A DNA stretch of 64,000 nt from an uncultured Desulfosarcina sp. (GCA_963674945.2 CAXXWQ010000004.1:3104001-3168000); one strand, 5' to 3'; shown: positions 52,927 through 62,977, numbered from the stretch's first letter. The notes: generated from the sequence alone by a model not told the origin. A program made the numbers and translations.

Positions 52927-55341
52927 TCAAACCGGCAAGGACGCGCCGAATTCATCGATCAGGCGGTGTGTAAGCCGGCCATGAATCGCATTCACCGCAT
53001 CGTCTTCCAAGGTTTGCTCCTCGCTTTGATAAACAACCCTGAACGAGACGCTCTTTTTTCCGGCAGGCACCGGATCTCCGGAAAAGAGGTCGAACAGAAA
53101 GATTTCTTTCACCAGCGCCTCTTTGAATTGCGCCACCTTTTCAAGCAAACGGCCGGACTCCACTTCCTGGTCGATGATAACGGTGACATCCCGGGATGTC
53201 GCCGGATACCGGGGAATGGGAACCATCCGTTTGGCATTCGGCAGTCGATCGCCGAGCACCGTGAGGTCCATCTCCACGATAAACGTATTTTGCCGGATAT
53301 CGTAACTCTTCATGACCGCGGCATCCAATTCGCCCACGATTCCCAAGGACCGACCGGCCAATCGGATCTGCGCCGTATGGCCGATACGGGTGTAACGGCA
53401 ATCTTCGTCCGGCAATGCCGTAAAGGAGAGTCCTGTGATACCGAGGGCATTTACCAGGGCTTCAACCATTCCCTTGGCATCGTAAAAATCGCAGGTGGCG
53501 TCTTTCGTGTGCCAATTGGGTTTTTCCCGTAAGCCGGTCAACAGACCGACGAGCACTTCCTTCTCTACAGGCAGGAGCTCTTCGGGCTGGGGAAGGAAAG
53601 CCTTACCGATTTCAAAGAGCCGGAGGTTGTTTTGCTGTCGGGAAATATTTCTCTGTGCCGTTTCAAGCATTCCCGGAATCAGGCTGGTCCGCATCACCGA
53701 CTGCTCCTCTGAGATGGGATTGAGGAGGGTGACGTGGTTTCTGCGGGGATCCTCCGACGCCAAGCGAAGCCGGTCGCAGGAATCGGCGCCGATGAAACTG
53801 TAATTGATGGCTTCCGAGAATCCGAAACCCGAAAGAATTTCCCGCACCCGATTGCGAAACATCATCGCCGGCAGGAGAGCGGTCCCTTGTGCGGGGAGTG
53901 TGGGAAATGTCGTCGGGATCCGGTTGTAGCCATAAAGACGGGCCACTTCTTCTACCAAATCACAAGGACGGGTGACGTCCACGCGAAAAGAGGGAACGCG
54001 GACGATAATCGCATCTTCTTTTTCCTGTCGTGTCTCGAAACCGACGCTTTCCAGAAGATCCGCCATGTGATTTCTGTCCAGGTCGGTTCCCAGCTGGTGG
54101 TTGGTGGCGGTGGCGCTCAGCGACAATTCGGGGGGAGCGGTGGTCCGAAAATCTTCATCGATGACACCGTCGATCAACGCCCCCTTTCCCAACTCGGTCA
54201 TGAGTGCGGCGGCGCGATCCAAGGCGTACAATGTTCCATCCGGATCGACGCCTCGTTCGAATCGATGGGATGCATCGGTGCCGAGGCCGAGAGCCTTTGC
54301 CGTTTTACGGACGCTGATAGGGTCGAAACAGGCACTTTCAATCAATACACGGGTCGTCGTGTCCTCGATCTCCGAATTCAGTCCACCCATGACCCCGCCC
54401 ACGGCCACCGGTTTTTCTCCATCACAGATCATCAGCATATGGTCGGAAAGCCGGCGATCCTTCTGGTCCAATGTGGTAAAGGCTTCTTTTTCCGTGGCGG
54501 TCCGGACGACGATCCGGTTTTCGGCCAGGTGGTCGAAATCAAACGCGTGCAGGGGTTGGCCGGTCTCCATCATGACGAAGTTGGTCACGTCCACGAGATT
54601 GTTGATGGGACGGATGCCCACCGAACGAAGACGGTCCTGCAACCAGAAGGGGGATGGCGCGACGGTCACCTGCGTAACGAGGCGAGCGGCATACCGGGGG
54701 CAGTGATCCGGGGCTTCGATGGTAACGGAACTTACGTCCGCGATGCTCCCCTTGGCCTCGGGCAGTTGAATCTTCGGCCGATTCATTGTGACGCCGGCAA
54801 TGGCGGCGATCTCCCGGGCCACGCCCAATAAGCTCAGGCAATCCGGCCGGTTGGGAGTCAGGTCGATTTCGATGGTGGCGTCCGAAAGGCCAAGGGCTTG
54901 GGTAAGGGGCGTGCCCGGTTGAAGGCCCCTATCCAATACCATCAAACCCGAACCGTCCGTGCCCAGTTCCAATTCGGTTTCGCTGCACAGCATTCCCTCG
55001 GAGGTCATCTTGCGAATGACGCTTTTTTCCACCTCCATGCCATTGGGCAACCGGGTTCCGATCATGGCCAAGGGAGCGTTCATCCCCGCCGTCACATTGG
55101 GGGCGCCGCACACAACCTGCACTACTCCGTCACCATGATCGACACGGCAGCATTTGAGTCGGTCGGCATTGGGGTGGGGCATCACTTCCACGACCTTACC
55201 GACCAGAACGGTCTCGAGGAAGGCATATCGATCCGTTACGGCGTCCACTTCCAAACCAGCCATGGTCAACGCCTCGCACAGATCGTCAAGCTCCATCTGG
55301 ATGGGTACATATTCCCGTAGCCAGCTCAAACTCACTTTCAT
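52927..55341 (-). CDS. pheT: Phenylalanyl-tRNA synthetase beta subunit
   Basis: MKVSLSWLREYV, TPNRPDC, RFERGVD, FDX-ACB tail. Confidence 0.97.
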   Translation of the reverse strand: MKVSLSWLREYVPIQMELDDLCEALTMAGLEVDAVTDRYAFLETVLVGKVVEVMPHPNADRLKCCRVDHGDGVVQVVCGAPNVTAGMNAPLAMIGTRLPNGMEVEKSVIRKMTSEGMLCSETELELGTDGSGLMVLDRGLQPGTPLTQALGLSDATIEIDLTPNRPDCLSLLGVAREIAAIAGVTMNRPKIQLPEAKGSIADVSSVTIEAPDHCPRYAARLVTQVTVAPSPFWLQDRLRSVGIRPINNLVDVTNFVMMETGQPLHAFDFDHLAENRIVVRTATEKEAFTTLDQKDRRLSDHMLMICDGEKPVAVGGVMGGLNSEIEDTTTRVLIESACFDPISVRKTAKALGLGTDASHRFERGVDPDGTLYALDRAAALMTELGKGALIDGVIDEDFRTTAPPELSLSATATNHQLGTDLDRNHMADLLESVGFETRQEKEDAIIVRVPSFRVDVTRPCDLVEEVARLYGYNRIPTTFPTLPAQGTALLPAMMFRNRVREILSGFGFSEAINYSFIGADSCDRLRLASEDPRRNHVTLLNPISEEQSVMRTSLIPGMLETAQRNISRQQNNLRLFEIGKAFLPQPEELLPVEKEVLVGLLTGLREKPNWHTKDATCDFYDAKGMVEALVNALGITGLSFTALPDEDCRYTRIGHTAQIRLAGRSLGIVGELDAAVMKSYDIRQNTFIVEMDLTVLGDRLPNAKRMVPIPRYPATSRDVTVIIDQEVESGRLLEKVAQFKEALVKEIFLFDLFSGDPVPAGKKSVSFRVVYQSEEQTLEDDAVNAIHGRLTHRLIDEFGASLPV

Positions 55342-55366
55342 CGGTTCTGTTACACTCCCTTACCCA

Positions 55367-56374
55367 TCAAAATTGACGCAGGAATCGATAGTCGTTGTCG
55401 AAATATCGCCTGATATCATCGATACCGAATTTGAGCATGGCGATTCTTTCCACGCCCATCCCAAATGCGAAACCGGTGTATTGGTTCGTGTCGTAGCCGA
55501 CGTTTTCGAATACCGCAGGATGGACCATGCCCGACCCGAGCACCTCTATCCAACCGGTGTGGGAACAGACACGGCACCCTGCGCCCCGGCACATGACACA
55601 ACGGATGTCCACTTCGGCGCTGGGTTCGGTGAAGGGAAAAAAGCTGGGGCGAAATCGCAGTGTGGTCTTGTCATCGAACATCTGGTGGACAAATGCGGTC
55701 AATACCCCTTTGAGGTCGGCGAAGGAGACGCGGCGATCCACCAAGAGGCCCTCCACCTGGTGAAACATCGGCGTGTGGGTCAGATCGGAGTCACAACGAT
55801 ACACCTTTCCCGGGGCGATGATGCGTACCGGCGGTTGCCTTTTTTCCATTACCCGGGGCTGGGTGGGGGAGGTGTGGGTTCGAAGCACAACGTTATCCGA
55901 AACATAGAATGTATCCTGCATGTCCCGGGCCGGGTGATTCTTGGGTATGTTCAGCGCTTCGAAGTTATAGTAGTCGGTCTCCACCTCCGGGCCTTCGACG
56001 ACGTCGAATCCCATTTGGGAAAAAATGTCGCAGATACGATTCGTGATTTGCGTGATGGGGTGCAGCGACCCCTTTTCCGAAAACCGGCCGGGCAGTGATA
56101 CGTCGATGCGGTCCACGGCCGGCTGTGCTGTTTCCGAAAGACGGACCAGCGCCTGTTCGAAGGCCTCTTCCAGTTCGCGCTTGATCTCGTTGGCACGTTT
56201 TCCTGCAAGTGGGCGCTCCTCCTGGGGAAGCTTGGAGATGTTTCGCAAGAAATGGGTGACGCGGCCCTTTCTACCCAGGTATTGGATGGAAAGTTCGTTT
56301 ACGGCATCCTCATCCGGTGCCGAGGCCAAAGCGTCCATGGCATCCGTGTAAATCCGTTCTATACTATTTTCCAC
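55367..56374 (-). CDS. pheS: Phenylalanyl-tRNA synthetase alpha subunit
   Basis: HPARDMQDTF, LRTHTSP, FPFTEPS, GFAFGMGVER; GTG start. Confidence 0.97.
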   Translation of the reverse strand: MENSIERIYTDAMDALASAPDEDAVNELSIQYLGRKGRVTHFLRNISKLPQEERPLAGKRANEIKRELEEAFEQALVRLSETAQPAVDRIDVSLPGRFSEKGSLHPITQITNRICDIFSQMGFDVVEGPEVETDYYNFEALNIPKNHPARDMQDTFYVSDNVVLRTHTSPTQPRVMEKRQPPVRIIAPGKVYRCDSDLTHTPMFHQVEGLLVDRRVSFADLKGVLTAFVHQMFDDKTTLRFRPSFFPFTEPSAEVDIRCVMCRGAGCRVCSHTGWIEVLGSGMVHPAVFENVGYDTNQYTGFAFGMGVERIAMLKFGIDDIRRYFDNDYRFLRQF

Positions 56375-56393
56375 GATTGTCGCTCTGTCCGCT

Positions 56394-56744
56394 TTACCGA
56401 TGTTGAGATGCCAGCGCGGCAATTTGAGCAAATCCTTCGGGATCGGATATGGCAAGGTCGGCGAGCACTTTCCGGTCCAGACTGACATGCGCTTTTTTCA
56501 GACCGCTGATGAATTGGCTGTAAGAAAGGTCGTTCATACGGGCCGCCGCATTGATCCGCGCGATCCACAGTCGTCGAAATTGACGTTTCCGTTGTTTGCG
56601 GTCCCGGTAGCCATAGGTTAATGCCTTGTCAACCGAATCTGCCGCGGTCCGAAACAATTTACTCCGACCGCCACGAAATCCTCTCGCCAGTTTCAGTACC
56701 TTTTGACGGCGCCTGCGCGCCTTAAAACCTCTTTTAATTCGCAT
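56394..56744 (-). CDS. rplT: 50S ribosomal protein L20
   Basis: [22 protein letters not shown]. Confidence 0.97.
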   Translation of the reverse strand: MRIKRGFKARRRRQKVLKLARGFRGGRSKLFRTAADSVDKALTYGYRDRKQRKRQFRRLWIARINAAARMNDLSYSQFISGLKKAHVSLDRKVLADLAISDPEGFAQIAALASQHR

Positions 56745-56770
56745 GATCTCATCTCCTTGTGACGATACGA

Positions 56771-56968
56771 TTATCCGTTGGGCAACAAAAGCCGGATTTC
56801 CCGCATATCACTTTTTTTAATCATCTGCATCTTTTTCAATGCGCGTTTGCGTTTCCGGGTTTTGGAAGTCAAAATGTGTCTGTGGTGGGACTTTGAAAAC
56901 CTGTACCCACCGGATCCGGTTTTGTTGAAACGCTTTGCAGCAGATCGGTTGGTTTTGATCTTCGGCAT
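56771..56968 (-). CDS. rpmI: 50S ribosomal protein L35
   Basis: [14 protein letters not shown]. Confidence 0.97.
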   Translation of the reverse strand: MPKIKTNRSAAKRFNKTGSGGYRFSKSHHRHILTSKTRKRKRALKKMQMIKKSDMREIRLLLPNG

Positions 56969-57016
56969 TGTGTTTGTTTCCTCCGATTGTTACGTGTTCA
57001 TCCGTTGCACTGTAAA

Positions 57017-57059
57017 AACCGCTGGCGTGAACGAAAAGTTTGCGTTCACGCCAGCGGTT
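57017..57059. repeat. Perfect 17-bp inverted repeat between infC and rpmI
   Basis: AACCGCTGGCGTGAACG-9 nt-CGTTCACGCCAGCGGTT. Confidence 0.85.
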
Positions 57060-57130
57060 GAAACGATAGACTTCTTCTCGATCGGGCCACGGCGTCTGCT
57101 CATCAACCGCGACCCATTTGCAGTTGGGCG

Positions 57131-57673
57131 TTATTTGGGTGCCAAGACCATCATCATCGTACGACCTTCGAATTTGGGGTATTGCTCCACTACCGCAACC
57201 TCTTCCAGTTCTGTGGCGATTTGTTCCAACAAATCCCTTCCTCTGTCCGAGAGGGTAATTTCCCGTCCCCGAAACATTACGGTGACTTTGACTTTGTCTT
57301 TCCGGGCGAGAAATTTACGAATGTGCCCCATCTTCGTCTCGAGATCATGCTCTCCGGTTTTCGGCCGGACCTTGATCTCTTTGATCTGGAAAGTGGTCTG
57401 TTTTTTCTTGGCTTCCTGCTGTTTTTTCGTCTGTTCGTATTTGAACCGCCCGTAATCCATAATTTTGCACACCGGCGGCTTTGCATTGGGCGAGATCTCG
57501 ACAAGGTCGAGACCAAAATCATTCGCTTTTGCCAAGGCCTGATGAATCGGAAGTATGCCGATCTGATTTCCATCCGGGTCAATCAATCGGACTTCCCTTA
57601 CCCGTATGCCCTGATTGATCCTTGTGGTATCGGGACGCCTTCTATCCATATTTCTATTCCTGGGACCAGCTAT
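57131..57673 (-). CDS. infC: Translation initiation factor IF-3 (probable AUA start)
   Basis: RINQGI, LDLVEISP, PPVCKIMDYG, FRGRE; strong SD GAGGAGGTG 5 nt before an in-frame ATA at 57673. Confidence 0.95.
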   Translation of the reverse strand: MAGPRNRNMDRRRPDTTRINQGIRVREVRLIDPDGNQIGILPIHQALAKANDFGLDLVEISPNAKPPVCKIMDYGRFKYEQTKKQQEAKKKQTTFQIKEIKVRPKTGEHDLETKMGHIRKFLARKDKVKVTVMFRGREITLSDRGRDLLEQIATELEEVAVVEQYPKFEGRTMMMVLAPK

Positions 57674-57857
57674 TCTTACACCTCCTCAAGACCTCTTGTT
57701 AACGGTTGTAGACCCTCGTATCCCCAAACGTTCAAGCCAATTGAACAATTCAAACCCAATGGCCCGATTAAAATTTACTCTAGTATCCGACACCGTAAGC
57801 AATTGCAAGGGAAAAGTGAAAAACCATCGTGGACATTGGATGTTGCCGTTTGTTCGA

Positions 57858-58391
57858 TTAGGGTTCCAGGGCCTGGTTCAGCGTATAGCGGCTCAACATG
57901 CTGTCCGACCAATATGTATTTTGCGGATCGGAAAAAAACTGCCGAAACAGCAAAAGACTTTCTCTTCTCATCACCGCCGGCACGATCGTCAGCTCCGCTT
58001 CCCGGTATAGCGGTGACAGGTTGGACCGATCCAATCCGCTTCCCCCCCCCATTATATCTTCAAAGGCATAGACGATGCGGTGAATACCGCATAGCATGAT
58101 GGCGGAAAAACACATCAGGCACGGTTCCATCGTGCAATACAGGGTCAAGCCTGAGCGATCCACGGTGGGAATTCTGTCACAAAGATTGCGAATCGCATTG
58201 ATTTCTGCATGATCGATCTCGTTTTCGACACCCGTTGCCGTGCCCGTTCTGTGACCCCGGGCGACGACCGTTTTTCCGTCGGCAATCACGCATCCAACGG
58301 GAAACTCTCCGAGGGCCAGCGCCCTTTGCGCCAGCGCCAATGCTTGGGACATGAATATCGTGTCTTGCGTGGATTCGGCCATCGGACTCAT
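57858..58391 (-). CDS. Zn-dependent nucleoside/tRNA deaminase (TadA/CDA fold)
   Basis: HAE and EPCLMC motifs. Confidence 0.88.
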   Translation of the reverse strand: MSPMAESTQDTIFMSQALALAQRALALGEFPVGCVIADGKTVVARGHRTGTATGVENEIDHAEINAIRNLCDRIPTVDRSGLTLYCTMEPCLMCFSAIMLCGIHRIVYAFEDIMGGGSGLDRSNLSPLYREAELTIVPAVMRRESLLLFRQFFSDPQNTYWSDSMLSRYTLNQALEP

Positions 58392-58945
58392 GCGATCCTG
58401 CAGGTCGTATCGTCGCAGGGGCAGCTATCGTCGATTTCAAAAGCGTAGACGATCCGGGACTCCATTTCGGCTCTTTTGCCGGTGATCGGTAGGAATTTAT
58501 ATTTCGCCAGGTCACGTTCCAGCACATCTCGGGTTGGAATGGCGTCGAATCCCGAAGCCAATGCCCGACCCGTGGAACCGTCCAGTATATCTGCATCCTC
58601 CCCATTGGTCACCACCACATAGGGGGGCTGGTAGTCGGCAACCAATCGAGAGATGGCCAGTGTCGGCCGATGTCGGGTTACCAGAGAGCCCGGGGCGTAT
58701 TTGACCACGATCATCACACGGCCCTGGAGATGGACCAGGAAATCCACCCACAGGCGACCTTTTCGACTGCCGGCGGAAACGGCCAAGGGTACCCGGGGCT
58801 GGATGTCCGATTTTGCGAACCCCTTTTCCGAAAGCAGCACGCGGGCAATTTTTTGGCGGTATCGCTCATCGTGCGTGTCGGCCAGGGTCTCTCCGGTGAT
58901 AATATCCTTCGTTTGTCCCAAAATTAGGTGATGACCGCTCATCAT
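58388..58945 (-). CDS. Stand-alone HsdR N-terminal-like domain protein
   Basis: DERYRQ...KGF, VDF, VVTNG, resembling the HSDR_N family as recalled. Confidence 0.7.
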   Translation of the reverse strand: MMSGHHLILGQTKDIITGETLADTHDERYRQKIARVLLSEKGFAKSDIQPRVPLAVSAGSRKGRLWVDFLVHLQGRVMIVVKYAPGSLVTRHRPTLAISRLVADYQPPYVVVTNGEDADILDGSTGRALASGFDAIPTRDVLERDLAKYKFLPITGKRAEMESRIVYAFEIDDSCPCDDTTCRIA

Positions 58946-59032
58946 GATTCCTGCTTTACAAAGTTCATTGTCTGTGAATAGATAATGGGTCAATGATAAT
59001 ACAGGGTTCGGGAGATCACAAGCGAAGTTACG

Positions 59033-60088
59033 ATGAATATCCGCCAGCAGTATGAAAAACGCGAAAAAAACTTCATGTCTCCGTTTGCCTGCCAGAGTGC
59101 AGATAGTCACGGCCGCAGAAAAGCGGAGGCGCCGTGCCCCATCCGAACCGCTTTTCAGGTAGACCGGGACCGCATCGTTTACTCCAACGCGTTTCGTCGG
59201 TTGAAGCACAAGACCCAGGTGTTTCTAAACCCGCTTGGAGACGAGTACCGAACCCGGCTTACCCACACCTTGGAAGTGGCGCAAATCGCAAGGACCATCG
59301 CCAGGGCGATGTTTCTCAATGAAGATTTGGCCGAAGCCATCGCACTGGGTCACGATTTGGGGCATACACCCTTCGGTCATGGCGGAGAGGCGGTACTCCA
59401 AGAGATTCATTCCCCGGATTTCTCCCACCACAAACAGAGTCTCCGGGTCGTCGACGTCATCGAAAACAACGCCAGGGGCCTGAACCTGACCCACGAGGTC
59501 CGGGACGGTATCCTCAAACATTCCAAGGGCTATGGAAAAATATTGCCCGACAATCCCGATGAAATGGCATGCACCAATGAAGGACGCGTGGTACGAATTG
59601 CAGATATCATGGCATACCTGAATCATGACCTGGATGATGCCATCCGAAGCGGCGTCATTCGTTCGGATCAGGTCCCGTCTGCTTGTACCGGTGTCATCGG
59701 TCGAACCCACCAGGAACGGGCAACGACCATGATTCGGGACCTGATCTTTTCCAGTCGGGCAAGTGGTGGTGAGTTACACCTGGACATGAGCGACGACGTG
59801 TTCGATGCCATGACCACGCTCAGATCCTTTCTATACGAGAATGTGTACCGCTCCGCAAAAGTCCACAGGGAGTTTATCAAGGCGAAAAAAATCCTCTCCG
59901 AGCTATATGCATTCATGTTGGATAACGACGACTTTTTTGAAAAAGAACTCATTCGCATGGGAATCGCCGGGTGCCTCGAAAATGGATCTCCTAAGGAACA
60001 GGTGGTATGCGATTTCATTGCCAGCATAACGGACCGGTATGCCCTGAATCTGTACGAAAAAATTTTTTTTCCTTCACCCACTGTGTAA
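59033..60088 (+). CDS. dgt: Deoxyguanosinetriphosphate triphosphohydrolase (HD family)
   Basis: FRRLKHKTQVF, RTRLTH, HDLGHTPFGH. Confidence 0.93.
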   Translation: MNIRQQYEKREKNFMSPFACQSADSHGRRKAEAPCPIRTAFQVDRDRIVYSNAFRRLKHKTQVFLNPLGDEYRTRLTHTLEVAQIARTIARAMFLNEDLAEAIALGHDLGHTPFGHGGEAVLQEIHSPDFSHHKQSLRVVDVIENNARGLNLTHEVRDGILKHSKGYGKILPDNPDEMACTNEGRVVRIADIMAYLNHDLDDAIRSGVIRSDQVPSACTGVIGRTHQERATTMIRDLIFSSRASGGELHLDMSDDVFDAMTTLRSFLYENVYRSAKVHREFIKAKKILSELYAFMLDNDDFFEKELIRMGIAGCLENGSPKEQVVCDFIASITDRYALNLYEKIFFPSPTV

Positions 60089-60105
60089 GGTCATCTGCGA
60101 TCACC

Positions 60106-60714
60106 ATGAATCTGACACCCGAATCGTTTTTCCCTTTACGGCGTCGTTATCTTTCGATTCTCGATAAACTGGCTGAAATTTTTTCGGAAATGGACCTTGC
60201 CTACGCGATCGTTGCCGAAGGATACGGGTTTGTGTGCAACGGCTGCAACGAGAATTGTTGCCAGACCCGTTTTTACCACCACACACTCCTGGAGTATCTC
60301 TACCTGATGGAGGGGATGCACACACTGGAAGAAGAAACCGCCAGAGAGGTTCGAAACGATGCGACGGTCGTCAACGACCGGATGGCAGATGCAGACAAAA
60401 AGGGTCTCTCCATTCGGATCATGTGTCCACTTAACAACGATGGCCGATGCCTGACGTATCCTTATCGCCCCATGATTTGCCGGCTTCACGGCATCCCCCA
60501 CGAACTGCGCCGTCCGGATGGCCGGATTACGAAAAATCCGGGATGTGACGCCTTTTTCGATCAATGCCGCAGTCTCGGAAAAACCGATTACATTCCTTTT
60601 GACCGAACCCCATTTTACCGCCAGATGGCCATACTGGAAAATGAGTTGCGAAGATGTGTGGGGTATACGGACAAGATCAAACGAACCGTCGCCCAAATGA
60701 TACTAACATTTTGA
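60106..60714 (+). CDS. YkgJ-like CxxCxxCC cysteine-cluster protein
   Basis: CNGCNENCC...CPL...C..YPYRPMICR. Confidence 0.8.
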   Translation: MNLTPESFFPLRRRYLSILDKLAEIFSEMDLAYAIVAEGYGFVCNGCNENCCQTRFYHHTLLEYLYLMEGMHTLEEETAREVRNDATVVNDRMADADKKGLSIRIMCPLNNDGRCLTYPYRPMICRLHGIPHELRRPDGRITKNPGCDAFFDQCRSLGKTDYIPFDRTPFYRQMAILENELRRCVGYTDKIKRTVAQMILTF

Positions 60715-60723
60715 AATAATATT

Positions 60724-61503
60724 ATGAAATCGATACACCCCAAAGATATCGAGCACCTGCCTGGCAGCCCGCTTACGTCCACCGACACCTTCAACTTTCG
60801 CTGCCACAGCGCGCTTTCGTGCTTCAACCGGTGTTGCCGGAACCTGAACCTGTTTCTCTACCCCTATGACGTGCTTCGTCTGCGAAGCTGCCTTGGCATG
60901 GATTCCGACAGCTTCCTGGAGGCCCACGTGGATGTTGTGATGCGAAAGGGTAACTATTTTCCCGACGTCCTGTTGAAGATGGCAGACAACGACGAACAAA
61001 CCTGCCCATTTCTCAGCGAGAAGGGGTGTACGGTCTACCCTGACCGTCCCGATACCTGTCGGACATTTCCCGTAGAGCACGGTGTTCTCTTCAGAGACCG
61101 AATTGAGGAGGCGAGCATCGTCAGTTTTTTTCGCCCCCCGGATTTCTGCCAGGGGCAGCATGAGGAACAACGATTTACCCTTGCCCAGTGGACCGATGAT
61201 CAGGAGGCGGAGACCCACAATCGGATGACTGCACGCTGGGCCGCCATCAAGGCGCTTTTTTATGAGAATCCGTGGGGACTGGAAGGGATCAACGGCCCGA
61301 AAGGAAAGATGGCTTTCATGGCCGCTTACAACATCGACCGATTCAGACAATTCGTCTTCGAAAGCAGTTTTCTGAAACGTTACCGGGTGAAAAAGGCGGT
61401 GGTAAAAAAGCTGAAGGTCAGTGACCGGGAGTTGTTGCTCTTTGGATTCGAGTGGATTCGGTTTTTCGTCTGGGGAATGCCTTCCCCAAATATCCGATCT
61501 TAG
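60724..61503 (+). CDS. YkgJ-family cysteine-cluster protein
   Basis: CH...CFNRCC...CPFL...CTVYPDRPDTCR. Confidence 0.85.
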   Translation: MKSIHPKDIEHLPGSPLTSTDTFNFRCHSALSCFNRCCRNLNLFLYPYDVLRLRSCLGMDSDSFLEAHVDVVMRKGNYFPDVLLKMADNDEQTCPFLSEKGCTVYPDRPDTCRTFPVEHGVLFRDRIEEASIVSFFRPPDFCQGQHEEQRFTLAQWTDDQEAETHNRMTARWAAIKALFYENPWGLEGINGPKGKMAFMAAYNIDRFRQFVFESSFLKRYRVKKAVVKKLKVSDRELLLFGFEWIRFFVWGMPSPNIRS

Positions 61504-61970
61504 ATCCGATACCCAATGGCGTAATATTCTACGTCCTCCGGATGGACACATACCTCGGAAATCGCCTTGTCCCGGACCGATATGCCGGCCCGGTGAACGG
61601 AGTCCGGATCACCGGATACCAGGGGGTGCCAGTCAAAAAGTTCCTTTCCTTCAGAAATCAGCCGGTACGCACAGGTTTTCGGAAGCCACCGCAGCTTCGG
61701 AATCTGCCGTGGTGAAAGCACGAGACATTCGGGAACCAGTATGGTGCGATGCGCATAGTCGGTGCATCGGCATCGCCGGGTGTCCAAAAGGTAACAGGAG
61801 ACCCAGGTATAGGTTACCTTACCTGTTTTGCCGTCTTGAAATTTCTGCAGGCAACATCGGCCACAACCATCGCAAAGGGACTCCCATTGCCCACGGCTCA
61901 TCTTCTCCAATGGTGTGGCTTTCCAAAAATGTAGCGTTGTGGTCTGCGAATCCAGGTGAAGATTATCCAT
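61500..61970 (-). CDS. YcgN (UPF0260) cysteine-cluster protein
   Basis: WESLCDGCGRCC, WLPKTCAYR, WHPLVSG; start uncertain. Confidence 0.9.
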   Translation of the reverse strand: MDNLHLDSQTTTLHFWKATPLEKMSRGQWESLCDGCGRCCLQKFQDGKTGKVTYTWVSCYLLDTRRCRCTDYAHRTILVPECLVLSPRQIPKLRWLPKTCAYRLISEGKELFDWHPLVSGDPDSVHRAGISVRDKAISEVCVHPEDVEYYAIGYRI

Positions 61971-62083
61971 AGATCGCATCATACGCCCTATCTCGCCAAA
62001 AGGCAAAAAAGCCACGAGAGGTGTGAAACGCTTCTTTACCCCCCATGGCATTATTTCTTAGGCACAATCGCTTGGTATAAGAA

Positions 62084-62881
62084 TCAGACCATTTTTCTGG
62101 AAATGCTGCCCATCTCCGCTTTGAATTTTTTATGAAATGTAAGTACCTTTTTGATGTATATCCGGGTCGCCTTAAACGGCGGGACGCCTTCATAATTTCG
62201 CACGTGGCGGGAGCCGGCATTGTAGGCGGCCAGTGCCAACTTAACATCGCCGTCGAAACGGTCGAGAAGGGACTTGAAATAACGAACGCCGCCATCGATG
62301 TTCTCCTCGGGATCATCCACGTTTTGCACACCGAGGGCCTTTGCCGTCGCCGGCATTAGTTGCATCAGCCCACGGGCTCCTTTTTTCGACCTTGCCTTTG
62401 GGTTGAATCCGGACTCGGCGAAAATAATCGCCCGAATCAAGTGGGGATCCACTTCGTACCTGCCTGCCACCTCATTGATGATTCCGTGAAAGGGGGGCTT
62501 TTTTTGATGGGTGGCGGCGTTCCCGACGGGTTCTGCCTGTTTCGCCAAGACCCCATCTCCGTCGCTTTTCGACCATGGATCAAATGAAATCGTTTCCAAC
62601 ATGTATTCCGACAGCGGCGGCTGCCAACCCATTTCAACGGCAGGGATGTTCAATACCACCGTATAAGCCTGTTCATTCTTGGCAGCCTGGGGCTCCTCCA
62701 CCACTGACGGGAGGGAGATTTTGCTTTCATAACGATCTTCCCCGTTTGGAGCGGCGGTTTTGAAACCGCCTATCATGCCCGGAAGGATCAGCGCGATGCC
62801 CAATACGGTTATCGTCCAGAGAAATAACGTGAACTCCATCGGTGCTGATATTCGTTTTATGTCGGTTTTTTCTTTGTCCAT
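62084..62881 (-). CDS. Membrane-anchored lytic transglycosylase (SLT domain)
   Basis: AIIFAES, GARGLMQLMP, LAAYNAG. Confidence 0.92.
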   Translation of the reverse strand: MDKEKTDIKRISAPMEFTLFLWTITVLGIALILPGMIGGFKTAAPNGEDRYESKISLPSVVEEPQAAKNEQAYTVVLNIPAVEMGWQPPLSEYMLETISFDPWSKSDGDGVLAKQAEPVGNAATHQKKPPFHGIINEVAGRYEVDPHLIRAIIFAESGFNPKARSKKGARGLMQLMPATAKALGVQNVDDPEENIDGGVRYFKSLLDRFDGDVKLALAAYNAGSRHVRNYEGVPPFKATRIYIKKVLTFHKKFKAEMGSISRKMV

Positions 62882-62961
62882 GAAATGACCTGCTTTTTTC
62901 GGATTGTTCAGGTAACGAATAAGCAATGCCGTAACCTATGCGTAACTTGGACTCCAGAAAA

Positions 62962-62977
62962 AGCAAGATAAATGCCA
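62962..62977 (-). promoter_or_regulatory. sigma54 (-24/-12) promoter of the SLT gene
   Basis: TGGCATTTATCTTGCT, exact GG-N10-GC spacing. Confidence 0.7.

Noticed and set aside
58388..58945. Type I restriction-modification system
   Set aside because: Only a small N-terminal-like domain; no helicase, hsdM or hsdS nearby
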